This document shows, in pieces, positions 8,595 through 16,021 of a DNA stretch of 26,951 bases; the stretch's first letter is position 1; every line of letters starts with the position of its first letter. The DNA comes from a virus (taxonomy: Duplodnaviria; Caudoviricetes), in IMG/VR virus record IMGVR_UViG_3300025084_002795, positions 1 through 26,951 of that record, one strand, 5' to 3'. Under the pieces are notes generated by a model. That model was not told the DNA's origin and searched no databases. It worked only from the letters and a program-made list of their open reading frames with translations. The position numbers and the translations under genes are program-made.

Positions 8595-8782
8595 AATTTT
8601 ATATCGTTATTACAATTAAATAAATTATCTAAATAATCTCTTCTACTATCACAACCACAATCGGTTCTTTTAAAGAACGTCCATGCTATCCACCCTGCGA
8701 GTTGTTTTCCGTGACCTAAAGTTAAAACTGATATCAACCCTTCTAACCAAGTTCCAAACCTCCATATACATCTATTTCTCAT
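8588..8782 (-). CDS. Hypothetical protein with a DCGC..RR..L motif
   Basis: 64-aa ORF. I recall this motif in genes near terS in Bacteroidota phages. Confidence 0.6.
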   Translation of the reverse strand: MRNRCIWRFGTWLEGLISVLTLGHGKQLAGWIAWTFFKRTDCGCDSRRDYLDNLFNCNNDIKLW

Positions 8783-8988
8783 TTCTTTAGTTTTTTTGCG
8801 TAATGTCTTAATTCTTTTTTACTCATAGGAAAATCTCCTACTTCAAATTTAATTGGTTCATCTGAATTGGTTAATAGATAATATAATTCCCACTTATTCC
8901 ATAACTGTAAATGTCTTGTTGGTTCTAATGATATTAAGACAACTTCATTATCTATTATTTCTTTTACTTTAATTTTACCTAGTTTCAT
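8779..8988 (-). CDS. Hypothetical protein
   Basis: 69-aa ORF with 4-nt overlaps on both sides. Confidence 0.55.
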   Translation of the reverse strand: MKLGKIKVKEIIDNEVVLISLEPTRHLQLWNKWELYYLLTNSDEPIKFEVGDFPMSKKELRHYAKKLKK

Positions 8989-9512
8989 TTGTTGTGTTGT
9001 ATGTTTAATAATTTATATCCTCTTGCTTTATAAAATTTAATCCAGTTCTTTTCTAATTTGTACCCTTGATATCTTGTACCTGGTTTAGTTTCTAATACAA
9101 TTGCAGATGCTAAAGACTCTTCTATTTCTTCTTTACTCATCGTATCCCACATCTTGTGTAATGTTGGTAACCAACCACGCTTGTTTTTATAATCTGCTCT
9201 GTGTGTCGATATTCTTACATTCAACTTAGCTTTTGTCATACCAATATAGAAATAATCTTTAACCTTAAGTAGATACACTTTTATATCTTCATCAGCTCTT
9301 CTGTAATCTGCTATATATTCCCAATTCTCTCTGTGTGAGAAATAACCATCGGTTGTATTCCAGTATTCCGGTCTGATATCGTTTCTGTATTTCTTATTGT
9401 ATTTGTTTTGACATACTTTACATCTATACTGATAACCTTGAACTCCTCTGTAAGTTCGTTTGTGGAAATCTTCGTAAGGTTTTGTCTTATGACATTTGTT
9501 ACATTCTTTCAT
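8985..9512 (-). CDS. Zn-finger plus GIY-YIG endonuclease (homing-endonuclease-like)
   Basis: CNKC...CKVC at the N-terminus, then KVYLL....FYIGMTK....R...H and a downstream LEKNWI...LLN. Confidence 0.75.
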   Translation of the reverse strand: MKECNKCHKTKPYEDFHKRTYRGVQGYQYRCKVCQNKYNKKYRNDIRPEYWNTTDGYFSHRENWEYIADYRRADEDIKVYLLKVKDYFYIGMTKAKLNVRISTHRADYKNKRGWLPTLHKMWDTMSKEEIEESLASAIVLETKPGTRYQGYKLEKNWIKFYKARGYKLLNIQHNK

Positions 9513-9535
9513 CTATAAGTATTTAGTTTTTATTT

Positions 9536-9793
9536 TTATGTGTTTACCTGAAGAGTATCCCATTTATCTATAAGGTGTTCGTGTAACCACTCCCACTCTT
9601 CCTGCCTACTCAGTAACTCATTATAAGTTTTGTCTCTCTTACCTGTTAGATAAAGTTGTGCATTCTTCTCGTGTTGCTCCATTTCATCATCATAATATTT
9701 TATCTGATGGTTTATTAATACAAATAACTTGCGTAAAGATAATAGAACATCTTCTGCCAATCCTTCATCATTTAAATGAAACTTATCTTTCAT
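9536..9793 (-). CDS. Hypothetical protein
   Basis: 85-aa ORF in a tightly packed operon. Confidence 0.55.
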   Translation of the reverse strand: MKDKFHLNDEGLAEDVLLSLRKLFVLINHQIKYYDDEMEQHEKNAQLYLTGKRDKTYNELLSRQEEWEWLHEHLIDKWDTLQVNT

Positions 9794-9929
9794 TTTTATC
9801 TATTCCTAAGTGCTCTTCTATTCTTTCGACTCGTTTAGTTAACCTGTATAATGCTGATGAGTACTCTACTTTACGTTGCTCATACTGTAATTCATCTATT
9901 ATTTCTCTCAACCTTTCTTCTTTAGTCAT
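9783..9929 (-). CDS. Small hypothetical protein (48 aa)
   Basis: Manual translation MTKEERLREIIDELQYEQRKVEYSSALYRLTKRVERIEEHLGIDKNER. TAATG coupling with the upstream rep gene. Confidence 0.55.
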   Translation of the reverse strand: MTKEERLREIIDELQYEQRKVEYSSALYRLTKRVERIEEHLGIDKNER

Positions 9930-10645
9930 TATACTGCCTGATTTATACTGATTACATTATTAATTGCTCTAGTCCAATTATTTTTCTGAGATTCTGTAAA
10001 GTTTAATTTTTTATAAACCTCTTCAATACCACCATATTCTTCTATTTCTTGAAAACTTAATTTAAATTTACTAACATTTTCAAATTGTATTAAATCATCT
10101 AATAATCTTTTTAAAATATTATTTTCCTTAACTATGCTACTGTCAGTATTTTTAATAATTTCTTTTTCTTTATTTCTTTTATTATTATTTCTTTTATATG
10201 TCGGTTGATTATCAACTGACTTGTTAGGTGATTTTCCACTGTCTAGTAAGGTGATATTCACCTCACTTGTTGGTTGAAGATTAACTGTCTGAGGTATCTC
10301 TGGCTTGACCGATGAATTTCCACTGTCAAGTGAGAGGAGTTCTTCTACCTTATTTAATAATACAAAATAATAATTCTTAGCAGGCATTTTTTTCTTTTCA
10401 ACTGTAACCACACCAGCTTCTTTTAATTTCTTAATAGAATCTTTGATATGATGGTTAGTTAAACATAATTCTTTTTCAATCTGTTTATATGATTGAAAGA
10501 ATTCGTTACCATGAAATACTTTAGTTTGTAAATCAATAAAATGTTGCAACAGTAGAGTAGTTCTCAATCCTAATTGCTTGTGTAGATGTTTATTGATTTG
10601 CCAGTAAGCGTTGTTACTGATTGTGCGTGTGATGTGTTTTGCCAT
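9929..10645 (-). CDS. Replication initiator (N-terminal winged HTH, lambda O / replisome organizer-like)
   Basis: NK.L...LGL...LLL...ID....F....FFQS..QIE.EL.L....I...IKKL.E.G........MPAKNYY, followed by a low-complexity linker with DNA repeats. Confidence 0.7.
   Translation of the reverse strand: MAKHITRTISNNAYWQINKHLHKQLGLRTTLLLQHFIDLQTKVFHGNEFFQSYKQIEKELCLTNHHIKDSIKKLKEAGVVTVEKKKMPAKNYYFVLLNKVEELLSLDSGNSSVKPEIPQTVNLQPTSEVNITLLDSGKSPNKSVDNQPTYKRNNNKRNKEKEIIKNTDSSIVKENNILKRLLDDLIQFENVSKFKLSFQEIEEYGGIEEVYKKLNFTESQKNNWTRAINNVISINQAV
10150..10331. repeat. Putative replication origin: iterons plus AT-rich tract inside the rep gene
   Basis: TTTCCACTGTC(T/A)AGT at 10233 and 10317; GT(C/T)GGTTGA..AT.AACTG.C at 10200 and 10269; palindrome AGGTGA-TAT-TCACCT at 10249-10263; AT-rich 10150-10199. 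Confidence 0.6.
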
Positions 10646-10673
10646 TGTTTATAGTTTTCCTAATTTGTTAATA

Positions 10674-10705
10674 CAAATATACGAAATATATTTGATATAT
10701 CCAAG
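10674..10705 (-). promoter_or_regulatory. Bacteroidota housekeeping-sigma promoter driving the rep operon
   Basis: Minus strand CTTGGATATATCAAATATATTTCGTATATTTG: TTG (-33) and TAnnTTTG (-7). Confidence 0.75.
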
Positions 10706-10785
10706 TCTTTTCTTATATATTTTTCAACATAGTTGTCAGACCGTTCATATATAAGTATTAAGAAAAAAAGTTTTCGTATATTTTT

Positions 10786-10840
10786 TAAAAGAAAAGACCA
10801 CCCTGAAGTTGAAGGTTGTAACAGTCACTCGGGTGGTCTT
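10786..10840 (-). terminator. Rho-independent terminator-like hairpin
   Basis: Perfect 10-bp inverted repeat AAGACCACCC (10794-10803) / GGGTGGTCTT (10831-10840), followed by TTCTTTT on the minus strand. Confidence 0.65.
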
Positions 10841-10907
10841 AATATAAAGAATACTAAATTAGGAATAGGCTCAATGGCAGTCGAGCCAAAAACATCTAGT
10901 ATATATA
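10786..10907 (-). ncRNA. Candidate small RNA (two hairpins)
   Basis: TGTTATA motif at 10913-10920 with no downstream ORF, then hairpin GGCTCGA-CTGCCA-TTGAGCC, then the terminator. Confidence 0.4.
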
Positions 10908-10938
10908 TATATTATAACACTTGGTTTAGTTTTTGTAT

Positions 10939-11436
10939 TTAAAATTCTGATAAGGGTATACCTGTAAAGTTATATCCTCTATTTTTTCCTTTGTACCAGT
11001 TCTTACTTGGTTCATAAAAATCATATCTCCACAGTTGAGGAGCAATCTGTTCTACCTTATCTGCATTAAAAATTGTATGATATGTACCACCAAGATATTC
11101 TTTGTAGAACTCTTTATCAGGACGAATTTTATAAAAAGGTTTAAACGATTCAGAGTACCATTCTGATGTATATATAATATCAATCAATAGTTCGTGCTCA
11201 AATCCCCTTGTAATACACTCTGTAAAGAGTTTAGAGAGGACATCTAATGGTGGTTGAGGATTATATACTATTACATCTACATCCCATGTAGGAGAGTGTT
11301 TTTCAACTGTATTACCCACCAAGTATAAAGGTATATCAGTGTCAATACTATTAAACCATTCTCGTATCTTTTCATCAGTAGGTCTTAACCAAGGTTGTGT
11401 AGTTTCAACTCCACCTGCTTTGCAATAAAACTTCAT
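10939..11436 (-). CDS. Minimal nucleotidyltransferase-fold protein (Pol-beta superfamily)
   Basis: LYLVGN-x8-WDVDV and a downstream LIDI resemble hG[GS]x9-13DhD plus a third Asp. Confidence 0.6.
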   Translation of the reverse strand: MKFYCKAGGVETTQPWLRPTDEKIREWFNSIDTDIPLYLVGNTVEKHSPTWDVDVIVYNPQPPLDVLSKLFTECITRGFEHELLIDIIYTSEWYSESFKPFYKIRPDKEFYKEYLGGTYHTIFNADKVEQIAPQLWRYDFYEPSKNWYKGKNRGYNFTGIPLSEF

Positions 11437-11441
11437 ATTAT

Positions 11442-11449
11442 TATAACAG
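11442..11449 (-). promoter_or_regulatory. Putative late promoter motif CTGTTATA
   Basis: 5 nt upstream of the ATG at 11436. Confidence 0.5.
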
Positions 11450-11474
11450 ATAAGTAAAAATAAATGAGAAAAAG

Positions 11475-11506
11475 CTTGGATATATCATTTTTTTTTCGTA
11501 TATTTA
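11475..11506 (+). promoter_or_regulatory. Bacteroidota-type early promoter driving the plus-strand operon
   Basis: CTTGGATATATCATTTTTTTTTCGTATATTTA is a near copy of the 10674-10705 promoter with identical spacing. Confidence 0.7.
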
Positions 11507-11545
11507 CATAGTAAATGAGATTAATTAAATAAAACATATAAAATA

Positions 11546-11641
11546 ATGGATTATATACTAACAATATTTGTAGCAGTAATGCTTTTCAGTAAAACATTTT
11601 GGATAGAATTTGTTAAAGGTCTATTTGATAAAAGAAAATAA
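11546..11641 (+). CDS. Small membrane peptide (31 aa)
   Basis: MDYILTIFVAVMLFSKTFWIEFVKGLFDKRK, the first ORF after the promoter. Confidence 0.5.
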   Translation: MDYILTIFVAVMLFSKTFWIEFVKGLFDKRK

Positions 11642-11644
11642 ATT

Positions 11645-11758
11645 ATGACAATAATAAACAAGTTAACAGGTAGAGATGTATCTTCAGAGTATCTAGCTCT
11701 TATGGAAGGTATAATCACCAACGATGAATTCGAATTAATAACAATGACAATTAAATAA
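11645..11758 (+). CDS. Small hypothetical protein (37 aa)
   Basis: MTIINKLTGRDVSSEYLALMEGIITNDEFELITMTIK, packed between neighbours with an AATTATG start context. Confidence 0.55.
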   Translation: MTIINKLTGRDVSSEYLALMEGIITNDEFELITMTIK

Positions 11759-11765
11759 ATAAACA

Positions 11766-12245
11766 ATGAAACAATTAATGATGGTCTTGATGATGACCTT
11801 AATATCATTCACAACTTACTCACAAACTGTGGGTGTATCCGCTAACTCATCTGAACTAGGAGCTGGTTATGGTTTCTATATAGAAGATGATGATAGTAAG
11901 TTTGGATTTGAATATCAAAAAGGAGCAACTATCAATTCAGACCCATTACAAGTAGAACAATACTTGAATGGTGAAATAGATTCATATACTGCTGGTAGTT
12001 CTTTTTATAATATAGGTGCTTATTGGTATGTATATCAAACTAATAGAACCAAGTTTTTATGGGGATTAGGAGCACAAAGTGAAAAAGAATTTAATACAAC
12101 AGGTGATATTAAATCAATGAATATATATAGTAACATAGGATTTAAGTATCAACTAGATAAACTAGTTTCTTTCAAAGCAAGTTATCAATATGCACCTCAT
12201 GGTGGTATTGATTCTATTGTAATTGGAATGGGATTTGATTTATAA
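11766..12245 (+). CDS. Outer-membrane beta-barrel protein with a signal peptide
   Basis: Bacteroidota-like signal peptide ending YS/Q, alternating amphipathic strands (NIGAYWYV, FLWGLGAQ, NIGFKYQL, FKASYQY) and C-terminal GMGFDL. Confidence 0.7.
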   Translation: MKQLMMVLMMTLISFTTYSQTVGVSANSSELGAGYGFYIEDDDSKFGFEYQKGATINSDPLQVEQYLNGEIDSYTAGSSFYNIGAYWYVYQTNRTKFLWGLGAQSEKEFNTTGDIKSMNIYSNIGFKYQLDKLVSFKASYQYAPHGGIDSIVIGMGFDL

Positions 12246-12288
12246 CACCTATATACAATAAACAACTTCTCATAATAGATGTTTTGCC

Positions 12289-12326
12289 AGAACACCTCAT
12301 CATCTTAACTCAATGGTGGGGTTTCT
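12289..12326. terminator. Hairpin between convergent genes
   Basis: AGAACACCTCATCAT / ATGGTGGGGTTTCT stem with G-U pairs, which favours the + strand. Confidence 0.5.
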
Positions 12327-12370
12327 ATATGTCGTACCTAGATTATATTGATAGTATGACAAAATGTCAG

Positions 12371-12658
12371 TTACTTTTGTGGAATACAATTCGGGACTTT
12401 TCGTCCATTCTTAATCTTCATACCATATTGTTCGTATCCATCAGTACAAGGAGCTTTTAATTCTTCTTTACTAGGGTATAGATTAATATCATTTATAGCT
12501 GATAAGACTCTTTGTTGTGAACTCATATTTCTGTTTTGATATATAGAGTAACAAATCCCGGCTGCAACATCTGCACTCTTACCATATCCTATCTCAATAG
12601 GAATACATCTTTCTACGAACTGAGATTCTGATTCTCCTGATTTAACTTTTATTGGCAT
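12371..12658 (-). CDS. Small Cys-motif phage protein (probably head-associated)
   Basis: GESESQFVERC...VAAGICYS domain plus a PC.DGYEQYGMK.KNGRKVPNCIP module. Confidence 0.65.
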   Translation of the reverse strand: MPIKVKSGESESQFVERCIPIEIGYGKSADVAAGICYSIYQNRNMSSQQRVLSAINDINLYPSKEELKAPCTDGYEQYGMKIKNGRKVPNCIPQK

Positions 12659-12720
12659 TAGTACTTGGTTTTGTAGTTATTGTTTTCTTTTTGGGACAGT
12701 ATGTAGTTAGTAGTGTCATC

Positions 12721-13074
12721 TTATTTTACTTTGTAAAATTGATTATTAATCTTAACCTTACTAACAGTTCCTAATCTGATTGTGCGCCAATCTTGATTTG
12801 TTTGGGAGTACACTACCCACATATTTTGTCTACGAAGTGTTCTCCTACGTTTTACAACACCAGGTGATGAGTTAGGTACTTTATCTCTTGTTTGTTCCAT
12901 TCTTCTCATACCAACACCATTTAACTTAGTACTCCATACTCTCATAGAAGTAAACTTAGTGTTCTTAATTAAATCTGTCATCTCTCTACGAGTAAGTTCA
13001 ATTGCAGGTGCAGCAAAATGATAAGTAGTATCTACTACTTTATTCATTACCTTTCTCATTAAATTATCTAACAT
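12721..13074 (-). CDS. SH3/WYL-like beta-barrel protein
   Basis: C-terminal VVYSQTNQDWRTIRLGTVSKVKIN resembles the WYL_2/DUF2693 Sm-like fold. The protein is basic. Confidence 0.5.
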   Translation of the reverse strand: MLDNLMRKVMNKVVDTTYHFAAPAIELTRREMTDLIKNTKFTSMRVWSTKLNGVGMRRMEQTRDKVPNSSPGVVKRRRTLRRQNMWVVYSQTNQDWRTIRLGTVSKVKINNQFYKVK

Positions 13075-13105
13075 ATCTCTCCTATTCTATTTTTATCCGA
13101 ACCAC

Positions 13106-14266
13106 TTAATCTTTAGGGTGAGTCTTACAAGGCATATAATATGTACCTTGGTCTACTGTTTCATGTGGATGACTTCCGCTACATCCTATCATCTCTGCAA
13201 ACTCTTCAGCCATCTCTTCTGTTGGAAACATAATCTTTCTAACATCATTTAAATTAGTAGAACCACTAATCATTTCATTTGATTCACCTGGGTATGATGA
13301 ATTAGGAATTGATATTTCATTTTCTTCTAACTCTCCTAGTTCTCTTAATTTATTTTTACTCCAACCCAATGCAGCTAATCCACCCCAAAGTAAATAACTT
13401 ATGTTACCACAAGCTTCACTATCGTTTTGTTTATCTCTATACACCTCTTCTGCTCTTGATAGATATGAATGCATTCTTTTTATCGTCTCTAATGAAATTG
13501 GTCTACCTTGTGCTAATTGTTGTGCTCTTACTTTGCCAACAGGTGTTGCGCATTTGTTACCACTCTTCTCGTTTAGTTCAATACCTTTCTTAGCATTGTT
13601 CTTAACACCTTGAGGATAATCTGAATAAGATTCCATCTCTACTCTCTTACCACCTTTGTATCTTTTATCTTCTTTAACTACTCTTCTTATTTCGTTAAGT
13701 AAGTATTCTGCTTCTTGATTAAGTATATCTTCTAATACATCTTCTTTACTAGCTTGAACTAAATCATGTGAGAATAAACCTTCTATACTGAATCCTTTTA
13801 CTTCACCATTCTTTACATAATCTTTCCATATATCATCGTTATCAACTTTAAACATACCCATCCATGTTCCAACAGGTACATTTAATCCATAGGAGTTAGA
13901 TTTATCTAATTTGGATGTCTTTATCCAACTCTCTACTAAAGTTACACCAGATACTTTCTTTTCGTGTTCTAACGTTGATTTAGCTTGATATCCTTTCTTA
14001 AGATATCCTTGTGCTAGTTTTTCTATTGTTTCAGGTTTAAAGAATACCTCATAAGGTTGTCCTTCTCCATCTATACGAAGAATCTTTTTATTTGGTATAA
14101 GAACAGGTCCTACTACCAATCTTTTTTCGTTATCTATCTTTTCAAACTGAACTTTCTCTTTATCAAACCATACGAAATTACTTTCTATGGCTGGGTCTTC
14201 TACTAATGAAATAGCAAATACCTCATCTAAAAATTCATCATCTATGGTTAATTCAAATAGTTTCAT
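13106..14266 (-). CDS. XkdF-like prohead serine protease with C-terminal accessory domains
   Basis: AISLVEDPAIE, EKRLVVGPVLIP, TLEH, LVESW, PVGTW and GEVKGFSIEG motifs. Followed by an ESYSDYP...YLLWGG domain and a GCSGSH...YMPCKTH module. Confidence 0.85.
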   Translation of the reverse strand: MKLFELTIDDEFLDEVFAISLVEDPAIESNFVWFDKEKVQFEKIDNEKRLVVGPVLIPNKKILRIDGEGQPYEVFFKPETIEKLAQGYLKKGYQAKSTLEHEKKVSGVTLVESWIKTSKLDKSNSYGLNVPVGTWMGMFKVDNDDIWKDYVKNGEVKGFSIEGLFSHDLVQASKEDVLEDILNQEAEYLLNEIRRVVKEDKRYKGGKRVEMESYSDYPQGVKNNAKKGIELNEKSGNKCATPVGKVRAQQLAQGRPISLETIKRMHSYLSRAEEVYRDKQNDSEACGNISYLLWGGLAALGWSKNKLRELGELEENEISIPNSSYPGESNEMISGSTNLNDVRKIMFPTEEMAEEFAEMIGCSGSHPHETVDQGTYYMPCKTHPKD

Positions 14267-14271
14267 ACTAA

Positions 14272-14279
14272 TTTAACAA
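14272..14279 (-). promoter_or_regulatory. Putative late promoter motif TTGTTAAA
   Basis: 5 nt upstream of the protease ATG. Confidence 0.55.
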
Positions 14280-14300
14280 TTTAATTTTAATTTATACTTT

Positions 14301-15860
14301 TTATCCAAACGAAGCTGCTGAGTTCGTTCTTCTATCTAATGCTTGTGTACTACTAACTTGTGTAGATACAACATATGCTTGTACAGGTCTTTGTGATGAT
14401 GCTGCTATTGTTTGTGAAATCTGTGAACCTGTATCACCTTCCATTGCAGCTGCAGTTTGTATTTGTGGAACTGTTGTTTGAGGTACAGATGGAGCTCCTC
14501 CTCCACCACCACCACTGGCACCTCTAAGATTAGTTCCTGGTGGTTTTGGTACTTTAGTAGAAATAATCTTTCTAACTTGTAATAAACCTCCTGCAATAAC
14601 AACACCTGCTGCAATACCACCCCATGGTGGAGGATACGTTGCTAATGCTTTCGTAGCACCAAGATATGTGTTTATAGTTGCAGATGCAACTGCTAGAGCT
14701 TTACCAGCAATAGTATTTTCACCCACCATCTGTGCAACTGAACTAAGAGCTGAACTAATCACCATCAGTCTAGCTTCTTCTTCCTGCTCCGTCATTTGTA
14801 GTGATACCTCTGATGTCTGTTCTTGTGTATTAAGTGATAATTCAGAGAAATCTGTTTGAGTCTGAATCTTAGCTGCACCTGTTCTCTGTGCAGTTTCTAT
14901 TTCAGATACACTAGATAGGTTATCATAGTTTCTTCTAATTTCTAATAAATCACCGTAATATTCTTGTTCTAATGCAGTAAAGTTTTCATATCCAGCTTGT
15001 TTAAGAATTGCGTATTCTTCATTGAATCTCGTTTCTCTTTCTATTAACTGTCTATCTCTTTCACTTAACAAAGATAACTCAGCTTCTAATTGTATAGCAG
15101 CTGCTTGTTCTCTAATAGCTTTAATCCTATCAACTTCTCGTTGAGTAGCATCTATTCTTTTCTGTGCCTCTTCTTCTGTTTTCTTTGTTAAATCTTCTTG
15201 TCTTTTTTCTTCATCATCATATGCTTCTTGTAATACTGTTGATGATGCTCTACTTGCTTCTTCTATCTTTTCTGATGATATACCTAAGAACTTAGCAAAT
15301 CTATTAAATCCACTAGCAACTTTCTCTATTACCATTGCGAAGTTTTCAAAGATAGGTAATGCTACTTTTTCAATTACCGCAAAAACAGGTCCTAATATCT
15401 TACCAAATGCTGCTGATATTCTATTTAAAGTTTCTTGTCCTTCAGATGTTTTACTTAATGATTCTCTCATCATAAGGAATGCACCAGCAATTGCAGTTAC
15501 AACGGCAATGATTGGATTAGCCATAAACACTTTTAATGTTCCTCTTAATCCTTCCATTGATTGTCCTACCAATCCAATAACACCTGGTTGAGCTCCTAAC
15601 GCTTCTGTAAATCTAACAGATGCTATTTCTGTATCTGCTAAATCATCTTTTAAATTAGATAGTTCTTTTGATAATTCCTTAAACTCTTTAGATTTAGGGT
15701 CAATCTTTCCTAACGTATCTTGTGTTTTAGATATCGCTTCATTAAGGTTATCAAACTCACCAATGGAAGTAGAAATAGTTTTGTTAAGCAAATCAACATT
15801 CTTGCCTCCTTCAACTTCGACATCTATTACTGCACTATATGTGGTTGTGTTTTCAGCCAT
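14301..15860 (-). CDS. Tape measure protein
   Basis: Helical and Ala-rich with hydrophobic segments (ANPIIAVVTAIAG, KALAVASATINTY, QVRKI) and C-terminal VQAYVVSTQVSSTQALDR. Confidence 0.8.
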   Translation of the reverse strand: MAENTTTYSAVIDVEVEGGKNVDLLNKTISTSIGEFDNLNEAISKTQDTLGKIDPKSKEFKELSKELSNLKDDLADTEIASVRFTEALGAQPGVIGLVGQSMEGLRGTLKVFMANPIIAVVTAIAGAFLMMRESLSKTSEGQETLNRISAAFGKILGPVFAVIEKVALPIFENFAMVIEKVASGFNRFAKFLGISSEKIEEASRASSTVLQEAYDDEEKRQEDLTKKTEEEAQKRIDATQREVDRIKAIREQAAAIQLEAELSLLSERDRQLIERETRFNEEYAILKQAGYENFTALEQEYYGDLLEIRRNYDNLSSVSEIETAQRTGAAKIQTQTDFSELSLNTQEQTSEVSLQMTEQEEEARLMVISSALSSVAQMVGENTIAGKALAVASATINTYLGATKALATYPPPWGGIAAGVVIAGGLLQVRKIISTKVPKPPGTNLRGASGGGGGGAPSVPQTTVPQIQTAAAMEGDTGSQISQTIAASSQRPVQAYVVSTQVSSTQALDRRTNSAASFG

Positions 15861-15994
15861 TACATTCTTTTAAAGAGATTTTTTACTCCCTTCCAATTAT
15901 TCGGTATTTCGTATTTACCTTTAGCTATATCAACTTCATCACTTACGTTGTGATAATCTTGTTGTTGTAAAAGGTCTATTATATTCGTTATCAT
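15860..15994 (-). CDS. Small protein upstream of the tape measure (44 aa)
   Basis: MITNIIDLLQQQDYHNVSDEVDIAKGKYEIPNNWKGVKNLFKRM. TAATG coupling to the TMP gene; promoter motif at 16002-16009. Confidence 0.65.
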   Translation of the reverse strand: MITNIIDLLQQQDYHNVSDEVDIAKGKYEIPNNWKGVKNLFKRM

Positions 15995-16001
15995 CTATTA
16001 A

Positions 16002-16009
16002 TTTAACAA
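16002..16009 (-). promoter_or_regulatory. Putative late promoter motif TTGTTAAA
   Basis: 7 nt upstream of the ATG at 15994. Confidence 0.55.
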
Positions 16010-16021
16010 TTAAAGTTAATT

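Noticed and set aside
10733-10942. Plus-strand 69-aa ORF across the hairpin region
   Set aside because: TTG start and no motif. The region is better explained as a terminator or sRNA.
11551-11808. Minus-strand 85-aa ORF
   Set aside because: It is antisense to a coherent plus-strand operon that has its own promoter.
12241-12248. TGTTATA motif pointing antisense into the beta-barrel gene
   Set aside because: It overlaps that gene's TAA stop and could arise by chance. It is not counted in the regulon, although a late antisense promoter is not excluded.
12642-12719. 25-aa minus-strand ORF MTLLTTYCPKKKTITTKPSTNANKS
   Set aside because: Too short and featureless to support, although it fills the gap.
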